A program made the position numbers and the translations under genes. A DNA stretch of 38,284 bases, taken from Candidatus Aenigmatarchaeota archaeon. GTDB lineage: Archaea; Aenigmatarchaeota; Aenigmatarchaeia; Aenigmatarchaeales; JACQIB01. The notes below the pieces were generated by a model that did no database searches, had not been told where the DNA came from, and saw only the letters and a program-made list of their open reading frames with translations. Where the stretch lies: NCBI GenBank assembly GCA_043799675.1, contig JAZDNN010000028.1, forward strand, positions 1-38,284, written 5' to 3'. This document shows positions 19,910 to 28,868 of the stretch, piece by piece (position 1 is the stretch's first letter; every line of letters begins with the position of its first letter).

Positions 19910-19927
19910 TAACAACTAAATTTTACT

Positions 19928-19961
19928 ACTATTACAATAGTTTTAGTGGTATTTAAATACC
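19928..19961. promoter_or_regulatory. Divergent promoter region with two palindromes (candidate operator and TATA box)
   Basis: ACTATT-AC-AATAGT (19928-19941) and perfect GGTATTTAAATACC (19948-19961) containing TTTAAATA on both strands. Confidence 0.6.
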
Positions 19962-19997
19962 TATTCTCACCATTATTCGGATTAGCGGACTGATAAA

Positions 19998-21089
19998 ATG
20001 GAACTGGATTTAACAAAACTGTTGGATGGGCTTGAGATCAGGACGCCAGCCGGTAAAGGGCGGCTGACTGTCATAAATAAAGGCGGGAGATTTATCGGTG
20101 TTTCCTATGTTTATAGAAGAAATATGGATAGGGTGAACAGAACCAGCAGTTTGGTGCTTCGAAAAAACATTGTCCTTAACACACAGAACGTTTACAGGGT
20201 CGCCCTGCTCGTTTCCGAGGGAAGTCATTTACGACCTAACAAAGTTGCGAAAAACAGTTACTTCAAATTCACAAATACGGATAAAGCGATGATGCATGAA
20301 GCTTTACGATTTTTTGAATATCTAATCAAGGATGGAAATATAAAGTTTGAGCTGAAGTGCCCACCGAAAATGTCCAAACAGCAAGCAGTATGCGCGTGGG
20401 CAAGCTGCCTGAGCGGGAGCGCTTACACAATCAGTCGCAGCAGCAGAACGGGCACTGCTTCTTGCGGTGCCTATGTCAATAAAGTCTTCTTGACGCATAT
20501 AATAGATAGGATTGCAGAAGCCACCATTATGCACATCAAAAATGATAAAAAATTGTTAAGGTCTTGGTTCGCGGGCCGGATAGACGGGGACGGATCGATA
20601 CATCCTACCTATCATAGAATAGATATCGCTTATCATAAAGTCGATGAAGCAGTATTAATGAGGACAGAAAAGACACTTCTTCGCAGTATGGGAGTGAAGT
20701 TTGTCAAAGACAGGTTGTTAAACGGCAAAAACATTGTCGTCCTGCAGATATGCGGTTTAGATAACATGATAAAGCTGCTTGACCCAAGAACGGGCTTGAA
20801 AAACAAGGTAAGAATCTTTTGTCTTATAAAACGGACCAAGTTTTATATCGATTTAAATCAACGTTTCAGAGAATCTTTACCCGTTCGGTGTTCAAATATA
20901 ACGCAACAGAAGAATTGGACCAGATATCTGAACGGAAGCAGGAGAATGCCGCTTTCTGTTTACGAGGGTACGTTCGGAACGGCATGCGTACACAGCATAA
21001 AAGACATGAGATGCGGTAATAAAATCATTGCAGACAAAGACGTTATACGAGGCATTTTGGACGTGAAACGTCTCACGGGAGGTGAATGA
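19998..21089 (+). CDS. Free-standing double-motif LAGLIDADG homing-endonuclease-like protein
   Basis: Motif 1 VALLVSEGS followed by FKFTNTD; motif 2 WFAGRIDGDGSI; visibly AT-richer than neighbours; no intein splice motifs. Confidence 0.8.
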   Translation: MELDLTKLLDGLEIRTPAGKGRLTVINKGGRFIGVSYVYRRNMDRVNRTSSLVLRKNIVLNTQNVYRVALLVSEGSHLRPNKVAKNSYFKFTNTDKAMMHEALRFFEYLIKDGNIKFELKCPPKMSKQQAVCAWASCLSGSAYTISRSSRTGTASCGAYVNKVFLTHIIDRIAEATIMHIKNDKKLLRSWFAGRIDGDGSIHPTYHRIDIAYHKVDEAVLMRTEKTLLRSMGVKFVKDRLLNGKNIVVLQICGLDNMIKLLDPRTGLKNKVRIFCLIKRTKFYIDLNQRFRESLPVRCSNITQQKNWTRYLNGSRRMPLSVYEGTFGTACVHSIKDMRCGNKIIADKDVIRGILDVKRLTGGE

Positions 21090-21090
21090 G

Positions 21091-22894
21091 TTGTGCGGAA
21101 TAATCGGCTATGTCGGTAGCAATTGTAATGTGGGCGAACTGCTGTTGAATGGCCTTAGGAACTTGGAGTATCGTGGATAGCGGCCAACGGTTACGTTGGC
21201 GGCCCACATACGACTCCGTGGGGATAGCCGTTCTGGATAATCAGGGAAACATAGTCGTCAGAAAGGACGTCGGAAAGATAAGTGACGTTGATCAGAAGCT
21301 GAATTTTTCTGAGTTCCCAGGAAAGGCAGGCATGGGTCATACGCGTTGGAGTACACATGGTGCGGTCACCCAGGCTAACGCTCATCCGCACCTCAGCAAC
21401 GATAAGAGCATAGTTGTGGTCCACAACGGGATAATCGAGAACTACCAGGAACTGAGAAAGGAATTGCAGGGGAAGGGATTCGTCTTTTTGAGCCAGACGG
21501 ATACCGAGGTGATACCGAACCTGATTCAACTGGAAATGCGTGACAAGCCGTACGTTGAGGCGGTCAGAGTCGCACTGAACCGGCTGGACGGGAGCTTTGC
21601 AGTGGTCATAGCAAGAAAGGGGGAGAAGCGGCTGATAGCTGCCAGGAAAGAAAGCCCACTGGTCTTGGGGGTGGCAATCCACGGACTGTTCGTTGCATCC
21701 GACATACCCGCTTTTCTGGATCAGACCAAGAACGTGATTTATCTCCACGATAAGGACATGGTGTTGCTTGAACAGAAGCCGCAGGTGTTCAGCCTTGTTA
21801 CCGGCCTGCCCGTGGAAAGGAACATGGACAGCATAGCATGGGACATCGAGTCCGCCAAGAAGGGCTCTTTCGAGCATTTCATGCTGAAGGAGATAAGCGA
21901 ACAGGCCGAGACGGTATCAAAGGCAATAGAACAGAATAGAGAAAGCATAGAGGAAATCGCGGAGGCCATACGGAACGCGAAGGGCGTATACTTCGTGGCA
22001 TGCGGCTCCAGTTACAACGCATGCAAGGCGGCCGAGTACAAGTTCTCATGGCTCGCGAAAAAGCACATCAACGTGGCCTTGGCTTCGGAGTTCCCGAACT
22101 ACAAGGACTTCCTGCTTCCTGAAAGTCTTGTCATAGCAATCTCGCAGTCCGGTGAGACTGCGGACGTATTGTCCGCCGTCAGGGCGGCCAAGGAAAAGGG
22201 AGCGAAGGTCATCAGCATAGTCAACGTGATGGGGAGCAGCTTGGCAAGGGAGAGCGACAAGTCCGTGATGATGAATGCCGGGCCGGAGATTTGCGTGCTT
22301 GCGACCAAAAGCTATACCAGCCAGCTTGCAATTCTGACCCTCATTGCTTACGCGCTTGCAGGCAGGTATGATGAGGGAAAGGGAAAATTGAAGGAACTGA
22401 TAAGGCATATTTATTATCAGACCTCGGCCAACATGCGTGCATACGTCAAGCAGCTGGCGAACCAGCTCAGGTATACGCATCATATCTATGTCATCGGCAG
22501 GGGGATGCAATATCCCACCGCGCTTGAAGCGGCACTCAAGATCAAGGAAGTCAGCTACATCCATGCGGAAGGTTTCGCCGGCGGTGAACTCAAGCACGGG
22601 AACATAGCGCTCATCGAGCACGGGACTCCCTGCATAATTTTCATGAGCAAGGACAACGAGAAGGAAATGATGGGGAACGCGATGGAGCTGAAAGCCAGGG
22701 GAGCATACATAATCGGAATCGGTCCGAACCCGAACGAGGCGTTCGATTTCTTCATCAAGGTCAGGGAATCCGAAGAGGCTAACAGCATCTGCCAGATAAT
22801 CCCGGTGCAGCTCCTGGCCTACCAGCTTGCGGTCTTAAGAGGCTGCGACCCCGATAAACCGAGGAATCTTGCGAAGTCCGTCACGGTGAAATGA
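21091..22894 (+). CDS. glmS: Glutamine-fructose-6-phosphate transaminase, join(21091..21178,21210..22894), 590 aa
   Basis: TTG start after GGAGGTGA gives MCGIIG...LEYRG; resumes YDSVGIA, GHTRWSTHG, HNGIIEN, SQSGET, KPRNLAKSVTV after a 31-nt insertion. Confidence 0.93.
21179..21209 (+). other. Putative 31-nt BHB-type mRNA intron in glmS
   Basis: GTGG-ATA-GC-G-GCCAACG-GTTA-CGTTGGC-G-GC-CCAC-ATA; cutting after base 2 of each ATA bulge joins CGT GGA T^AC GAC TCC (RGYDS). Confidence 0.85.
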
Positions 22895-22954
22895 TATGAA
22901 TGAAAACTTCGTTTTCAAATCAGCAAACTATGCAGTGAACAGGAGTGTTTGCTG

Positions 22955-24298
22955 ATGACAGGAATATTCAGGGCATACGACATACGCGGCATCTACGGAA
23001 AGGACCTGAACGAGGAGATAGCTAAGCGGATAGGCGCGGCGTTCGGGACAATCAACAAGGGAACGATTGCGGTGGGGATGGATGCGAGGCTGAGCGGGCC
23101 ATCTCTCAAGACAAAGTTGATGGAAGGTCTCAGGTCAACCGGTTGCAACGTGGTCGATGTCGGCATGATAACCACACCGATGATGATTTTCGCCGTAGGC
23201 AACTACAAGCTGGATGGCGGAGTGATGGTCACCGCTTCCCACAATCCGAAGGATTACAACGGGTTCAAGTTATTCACCAAAGGGGCGATGCCTCTCAGTT
23301 ATGAGAGCGGGGGCCAAAAGGTGGAGGAACCGGTGAAGAGCGGGAATTTTACCAAAGGGACAGGCGGGGTCAAGAACATGGATGTCGTTGGTGATTATTC
23401 GAATTTCATACTGGGCTATGTCAATGTCAACGGAAAAGGGATGAAGATAATCGTGGATGCCGGCAACGGTTCTGCGGGAAGAATACATTGCGACGTTCTG
23501 CGGAAGGCGGGCTTTGAGGTGACGGAGCTGTTCTGCGAGCCCGACGGGAACTTTCCGAACCATGTACCTGACCCGACGGAGCCGAAGAACATCGAGATGC
23601 TCAAACAAAGAGTGAAGGAAACCGGAGCGGACATGGGAATTGCTTTTGACGGGGACGGCGACAGGCTCGGAGTGATTGACAGGCACGGGAACGAGGTCAT
23701 TCCGAACGACATCTTCATAATGTTGGCGAAGCATGCGCTCAGGATGCACGGCGGGGGGAACGTGGTGGTTGACCTCGCATGCTCGATGACCGTTTCCGAT
23801 TCCATAGGCAAAGCCGGCGGAGTGACGCACAGCTGCAAGGTCGGCCATACATACATAGCGCAGATGATGGCAGAACAGAAGGCGGTGTTCGGCGGCGAGC
23901 TGTCCGGTCATTATTTCTTCAGGGAGACGTTCAGCGGGGACGATGCGCTGTTTGCAAGCCTGAAGCTGCTGGAGTTCCTTCATCTGAACAACACCTCCTT
24001 TGAGAAAGAGAGCGCGGCAATCCCGAGATATTTCTCGCAGATAGGGGAACACCAGGCCATCCCGTATGACAGCGCCAAGGGCAATCCTATAGAGAAAATA
24101 AAGCGCATGTACAGGGAGAAGGGATGCAAAGTGGATGACAGGGACGGCGCCAAGATAATGTACAAGGACGGCTGGATGCTGTTCAGGCCCTCCAACACTT
24201 CCCCTCTCATAAGGTACGGGTTCGAGGCCAGGAGCCGGGAGACGTTCGAGGAGATGCGGAAGATGGTCGAGGAAATCAAGGGGATGATTCCAGCATGA
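22955..24298 (+). CDS. Phosphohexomutase (PMM/PGM/GlmM family)
   Basis: IFRAYDIRG, TASHNPKDYNGFK, FDGDGDR, GGELSGH, RPSNT. Confidence 0.95.
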   Translation: MTGIFRAYDIRGIYGKDLNEEIAKRIGAAFGTINKGTIAVGMDARLSGPSLKTKLMEGLRSTGCNVVDVGMITTPMMIFAVGNYKLDGGVMVTASHNPKDYNGFKLFTKGAMPLSYESGGQKVEEPVKSGNFTKGTGGVKNMDVVGDYSNFILGYVNVNGKGMKIIVDAGNGSAGRIHCDVLRKAGFEVTELFCEPDGNFPNHVPDPTEPKNIEMLKQRVKETGADMGIAFDGDGDRLGVIDRHGNEVIPNDIFIMLAKHALRMHGGGNVVVDLACSMTVSDSIGKAGGVTHSCKVGHTYIAQMMAEQKAVFGGELSGHYFFRETFSGDDALFASLKLLEFLHLNNTSFEKESAAIPRYFSQIGEHQAIPYDSAKGNPIEKIKRMYREKGCKVDDRDGAKIMYKDGWMLFRPSNTSPLIRYGFEARSRETFEEMRKMVEEIKGMIPA

Positions 24299-25587
24299 AG
24301 GCAATTGTTTTGGCCGGAGGGATAGGGAAACGGATGCAGCCCGTCCAGAAGGACAAGTGCCTGCTCAAGTTCGTCGGAAAGGAGCTGATACTTCACCAGA
24401 TTGAGGCGTTGGAGAAGGCGGGAGTGAAGGAGTTCATAATCATCTGCAACAGCATGAACGTCGACAAGGTGAAGGAGCTGGTAGGAAAAAAGGCAGAATA
24501 CGTGGTCCAGCAGGAGGCGCACGGGATGGCCGATTCCCTGCTTTCAATCAAAAACCCGCCGCGCGAGGCGCTGATAGTCGGAACCAGCGACATACTGGAT
24601 TGGGACGCTTACAGGACCGTGCTGGAAAAGAAGGAAGGGGATTCGGTGCTCATCGGATACAAGGTCAAGAGCTACTTCCCGGGCGGATACCTGATGACCG
24701 AGGGCGACAGGTTGAAGGGAATGATTGAGAAGCCCGGGGCGGGCAACGAGCCGAGTGACATGATAAACCTGGTGGTCCATTACCACCGGCATTTCGACAA
24801 GCTGATAGAGACCATGAAAATCACGGTCAGCGACAAGGACGACGTGTACGAGAAGGCGATGGATACCATGATGAAGAAGTACGATTTCAGGGTGGCGCCT
24901 TACGAGGGGCAGTGGGTCCCGCTGAAGTTCCCGTGGCATGTGCTTGATGCAGCGAAGTTCTTCATGGAGAGGGCGGAAGGAAAGATAGCTCCTTCAGCCA
25001 CCGTGTCGGACAAGGCAGTGATAACCGGCAAGGTGATAATCGAAGACAACGTCAAGATATTCGAGAACGCCGTGGTAAGAGGACCCTGCTACATCGGGAA
25101 GAACTCGGTCATCGGGAACAACACGCTAGTGTGGAGCGGCTGCCATTTCGGTGACAGGTGCGTGGTCGGCTGCGGTTCGGAGATAAAGCACAGCTATTTC
25201 GGGGACGAATCATGGTCGCACAGGAACTACATCGGGGATTCGGTGGTGGCAGACAACTGCAATTTCGGTGCAGGCACAATCACGGCCAACTGGCGGTTCG
25301 ATGCGCAGCCTATCAGCGTCAACGTAGGTGACAAGAAGATATCCACGGGCACGGACAAGTTCGGTTGCATCATGGGTGAGGGCTCCAAGACAGGCGTACA
25401 CGTTTCAATAATGCCCGGCGTGAAGATAGGACCCAACTCGATAATAGGGGCGCATGTTATGGTCCCGAAGGACGTCGGGCCGGGAAGGTTCGTGGTGCTC
25501 AAGGAAACGATAGAGGAGAAGGAGAACATGCTCAAGAGCGCCGGCAGCAAGGAAGAATTGCTGAAGAAAATGATGGGGGAGAAATGA
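24295..25587 (+). CDS. glmU: Bifunctional sugar-1-phosphate nucleotidyltransferase/acetyltransferase (archaeal GlmU-like)
   Basis: LAGGIGKRM..K N-domain, hexapeptide beta-helix, YIGDSVV..NCNFGAGTITAN. Confidence 0.88.
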   Translation: MKAIVLAGGIGKRMQPVQKDKCLLKFVGKELILHQIEALEKAGVKEFIIICNSMNVDKVKELVGKKAEYVVQQEAHGMADSLLSIKNPPREALIVGTSDILDWDAYRTVLEKKEGDSVLIGYKVKSYFPGGYLMTEGDRLKGMIEKPGAGNEPSDMINLVVHYHRHFDKLIETMKITVSDKDDVYEKAMDTMMKKYDFRVAPYEGQWVPLKFPWHVLDAAKFFMERAEGKIAPSATVSDKAVITGKVIIEDNVKIFENAVVRGPCYIGKNSVIGNNTLVWSGCHFGDRCVVGCGSEIKHSYFGDESWSHRNYIGDSVVADNCNFGAGTITANWRFDAQPISVNVGDKKISTGTDKFGCIMGEGSKTGVHVSIMPGVKIGPNSIIGAHVMVPKDVGPGRFVVLKETIEEKENMLKSAGSKEELLKKMMGEK

Positions 25588-25588
25588 T

Positions 25589-26137
25589 ATGGAATTTTAT
25601 GTAAGAAGGCTTACCGCAAAAGACCTGCCGGAAATAATGATTGAAGAGAAAGAGGCATGGGTGGCGCAGGGGCAGCCTGATCTCAGTGCCGATGAAAGGA
25701 CGGTAAAAGAACGGCTGGAGAGATATCCTCCCGGTAATATCGGGCTTTATGATAAGGAAAAAAATCAGCTGGCCGGAAAGTGCGTCTGGCAGCCGGTGCG
25801 CGAAGTCACTGAGAGTTGGGAAGCGAACGTATCGAAGGAGAAAATGGACCCGAAAAGCAGGGATTGCTATGTCATCAATTTCGATATCAGGCCCTCCTAC
25901 AGGGGGTCCGGAGCTTCCGACGCCCTGATGCAGGCGGCCCTGGAATCGATGCAAAAGGTCGGCATGAAGACGATGTGGCTCGGCGGCAGGAACGTCCCGA
26001 GCAACCACAGGTTCTACGGCCGCTGGCTGGAGCATGTCAATGTAATTGATAACTATTGGACGGAAGATGTGGAGTCCGAGGGAAAAGGGGTCCTTTACAG
26101 ACGCGACCTGACAAAGCCGATAGAAAGAAAGGAATGA
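25589..26137 (+). CDS. GNAT-family acetyltransferase
   Basis: VRRLTAKDL, IRPSYRGSGASDALM, N..FY motifs. Confidence 0.8.
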   Translation: MEFYVRRLTAKDLPEIMIEEKEAWVAQGQPDLSADERTVKERLERYPPGNIGLYDKEKNQLAGKCVWQPVREVTESWEANVSKEKMDPKSRDCYVINFDIRPSYRGSGASDALMQAALESMQKVGMKTMWLGGRNVPSNHRFYGRWLEHVNVIDNYWTEDVESEGKGVLYRRDLTKPIERKE

Positions 26138-26301
26138 TGATGGGTTTCGGCAGCTGGGCGCGGTTCCTGATCGGTATTGTCTTGTCGGTGGAAATAATCC
26201 GGACGATGATTTTCGGCGGGGAACAAAGCGGCCTGCTGGTCCCGCTTGCAATCGTTTATCTCTTGTTGTCGGCATTATGGGTCTTCACGAAAATTGTTTG
26301 A
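26134..26301 (+). CDS. Small 2-TM membrane protein
   Basis: ATGA overlap with the GNAT stop; two hydrophobic helices. Confidence 0.6.
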   Translation: MMMGFGSWARFLIGIVLSVEIIRTMIFGGEQSGLLVPLAIVYLLLSALWVFTKIV

Positions 26302-26776
26302 CGTGCTTCCCGAATTCTTTCATGGCTCTCTCGATTTCCGTCACGTATTGCTTGGGTCTCTTGACGTGCTTGAAAATCAGCTCGCATTCCTCATGGGTCC
26401 TTCCGCCGGACGAGCCGACGGTTATGGTACCATAGTTCAGGAGCCGCTGGACGTATCCCTGCTTGAAGTTGACGTCGACTATGTTGTTGAAGAACACGGC
26501 TTTCCTCGTTTTCTTGAATATGCCGTTCTCGACCACCACCTGGTTGGGGGTTATCTTGTAAATCGAACGGATGCGGGTGATTTCCACGGTGTAAATCAGC
26601 ACCAAAGCCAGGCCGCCGGCTGCGGGGAAGCTCCAGAAGTTTATCGGCAGGCCGAAGTATGCCAGGGCGGCCATCAGTATCGCCGGGACCGCTGCCAGCA
26701 GATAGACGTCCATGAAAGCGACGCGGGCAGGGCGCAAAATATGCAGGGGCGCATCCACTGTCATGTATCTATCCAC
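26285..26776 (-). CDS. Membrane protein with bacterial PH (bPH_2-like) domain
   Basis: Two TM helices then YKITPNQVVVENGIF...QGYVQRLLNYGTITV. Confidence 0.85.
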   Translation of the reverse strand: MDRYMTVDAPLHILRPARVAFMDVYLLAAVPAILMAALAYFGLPINFWSFPAAGGLALVLIYTVEITRIRSIYKITPNQVVVENGIFKKTRKAVFFNNIVDVNFKQGYVQRLLNYGTITVGSSGGRTHEECELIFKHVKRPKQYVTEIERAMKEFGKHVKQFS

Positions 26777-26872
26777 GTTTTACCGACATAAATCCCTGAC
26801 TTAAACCAGTCCTTTTTTTGGTTAATAACATCGGGTTAAATCTTTTGCGAGGTTTACTATTTGTTGGTAATT

Positions 26873-27700
26873 ATGGGTCTCTGGAACACGAAGGCAGTGG
26901 GCAGGAAACTGGATGCGGAACTCGAATACACGAGCCCCAGATACATAGAAAACTATTACCGCTCGAACACGAAGCTGCACAAGGAAGTGGTGGGTTCCGG
27001 GGCCACGAAAAACCTCAAACGGCCGGAGTGGGTGGGAAGGTACGCGAAGCACCATTTCGTCTCCGTGCTTGATGACAAGGAATGGTCGAACGAAAGGATG
27101 AGGGAGATATCGAGGAAGATAGTTGACAGGCTGGAGAAGGACGCACGGGAGTACGAGAGGGCGGGCGACAGGACCGCGGCCGAATACACATATACTTTTC
27201 ATTCGGCCGCCACGGGGCTGGGCAACGATATGCACATGGAGTTCGAGAAAGAGCTGGGAAGGATTAAAAAAATACAGAAGGAAGGCAACACGTTCAAAGG
27301 CTGGATAAAGGCGGGGGCGGACGTCCTCGGGTTCAGGCTCGGCACAGGCATAGCAATGTACGAGGTGCTTGACGGGCCGTTCTCGGACGCGGAAATAGAC
27401 GTGTGCGGCGTGAAGGTAACCGGACGCGACATAAAATACCTCGGTCTGGCGATTGGCATAGGAATAACGTCGATGATAAGTTATGCATGGGGAAAGTCCA
27501 AGGAAGAGGAAATATGGAAAATGTTCAGGCAGAACATCAAGAAATGTGCGGAAGATTCCGCAGAGGAGGTCCTCAGGTCCTTCGAGGCCAAGTATCCGGA
27601 CGCCGTAAGAAAGTATATACCCAAGAACGATGAAACCATAAGGAAGGGAATCAAGGAAATGGGGGCGGATTGCAGTGAAGACGTTCATCCAGACTCTTAA
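26873..27700 (+). CDS. Hypothetical helical protein with possible TM segments
   Basis: Long ORF with host-like codon usage; may continue into 27675-27983 via a frameshift. Confidence 0.75.
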   Translation: MGLWNTKAVGRKLDAELEYTSPRYIENYYRSNTKLHKEVVGSGATKNLKRPEWVGRYAKHHFVSVLDDKEWSNERMREISRKIVDRLEKDAREYERAGDRTAAEYTYTFHSAATGLGNDMHMEFEKELGRIKKIQKEGNTFKGWIKAGADVLGFRLGTGIAMYEVLDGPFSDAEIDVCGVKVTGRDIKYLGLAIGIGITSMISYAWGKSKEEEIWKMFRQNIKKCAEDSAEEVLRSFEAKYPDAVRKYIPKNDETIRKGIKEMGADCSEDVHPDS

Positions 27701-27983
27701 CATGATGGACCTGAGGAAGAAGCAGAACGAACTCAGCGTCAGGCTTCCCGAAATGCGGAAAGACATAAATTGCGCCCTCATCCTCTACAGGCAGATACTC
27801 AGGGTCGAGGAATATATGAGGGATACGCTGGCCAACGCCGGGGACAATGCGACATCCGATGATTTGGCCGCATATCATATGCAGCAGCAGCTCAGGAAAA
27901 GGGCGGAAGAGGAAGCAAGAAACCACTATGACGGAGATTGGGACAAGCTCATTTCGCAACCAGCTTCACAGCAGAAATCATAA
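27675..27983 (+). CDS. Hypothetical helical protein or C-terminal part of the upstream gene
   Basis: Coding-like frame overlapping the upstream ORF by 26 nt. Confidence 0.55.
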   Translation: MKTFIQTLNMMDLRKKQNELSVRLPEMRKDINCALILYRQILRVEEYMRDTLANAGDNATSDDLAAYHMQQQLRKRAEEEARNHYDGDWDKLISQPASQQKS

Positions 27984-28620
27984 AGCGACCGGAGTTGCCA
28001 TCCCACTTATTCTCAGCCGCGGTGATTTTCATCCTCTGCTTGAACAGCGGGCAGTCAAGCACTGCGGTCTCGTATTCCCCACCCTCACCGACAATCGAAA
28101 TCTTGTGCTTCTTCCGCAAGGCAAGCAAGTCGTCAATGCACTTGTTGTCTATCCTTCTTCCGAGCCATTTTTCGGTGAAGCCGTCAGCTGCCACTTCGGT
28201 AATCACTACATCAAAGCCCTCCTTGATCAGCTCATGAAGATATTTTTCTTCGTCGATATGCCACATGGGAGCAACAAGCTTGAGATTCAGGTCCTTGCAG
28301 ACCTTGGCAACCCTGTCTTTTTGGTAGTTGCTCTTGATGGCCCCGCAGACCACCCCGTCCACTTCCATGTTCTTCAGCAAGTTCTCAATCTCGTGGACTT
28401 CCTTCTCCTTCTCCCCGGTGCACTGGCTGCTGACCAGCTTCATCCCCATGGCTACAGACTGGAACACGGTGAGGCCGATGTTCGCGGTGTGGTACATGTA
28501 GCTTTCGGGATTGCTGGAATGGACCGTGGCAAGGTAGGAAATGGTGTGGCCTTCCTGCATCGCCTTCCAGATGGCGAACATGCTGTCCTTCCCGCCGCTG
28601 AACAGGGCTGCGAGCTTCAT
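27949..28620 (-). CDS. Diphthine-ammonia ligase (Dph6, PP-loop ATPase)
   Basis: MKLAALFSGGKDS, ESYMYH, GAIKSNYQ, GEGGEYETAVLDCPLF. Confidence 0.93.
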   Translation of the reverse strand: MKLAALFSGGKDSMFAIWKAMQEGHTISYLATVHSSNPESYMYHTANIGLTVFQSVAMGMKLVSSQCTGEKEKEVHEIENLLKNMEVDGVVCGAIKSNYQKDRVAKVCKDLNLKLVAPMWHIDEEKYLHELIKEGFDVVITEVAADGFTEKWLGRRIDNKCIDDLLALRKKHKISIVGEGGEYETAVLDCPLFKQRMKITAAENKWDGNSGRFMISAVKLVAK

Positions 28621-28868
28621 ACCAGAGGTTCGAAGTCGGTTCTTATAAGACTTTTTTCGTGCCATTTACGCGACATCATTTTGTCGCAATCATGGCATGA
28701 ACTGGCAATTTTTGGCGCGATTCGCCTGAAGAAATCGGATATAACCGTATTAATTATGTCACATCGCTGTTATAGCATAGATTTTCCATTATATACTTAC
28801 ATGGACGTGCCAGCGGAGCAGGTAGCGACAGCGGCAAACCCGTCACGATTCAGGGATATATATATGTC

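Noticed and set aside
19998..21089. LAGLIDADG ORF as an intein or as an intron-encoded ORF
   Set aside because: No N-terminal Cys/Ser splice block or C-terminal His-Asn, it has its own start and stop, and no upstream exon is evident
21149..21209. ORF-track start of glmS at 21149 (MALGTWSIVD...)
   Set aside because: It lacks the catalytic N-terminal Cys; the real MCGIIG start is TTG 21091 in another frame
21170..21215. Stop readthrough or simple ribosomal frameshift as the explanation for split glmS
   Set aside because: Either route would leave about 10 extra residues inside the invariant RGYDS motif, and readthrough alone does not fix the frame; BHB excision restores it exactly
27667..27695. 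Hairpin GGAT...TGAA-GACG-TTCA-TCC as a possible second intron
   Set aside because: No proper 3-nt bulge geometry, and canonical cuts would create a stop codon
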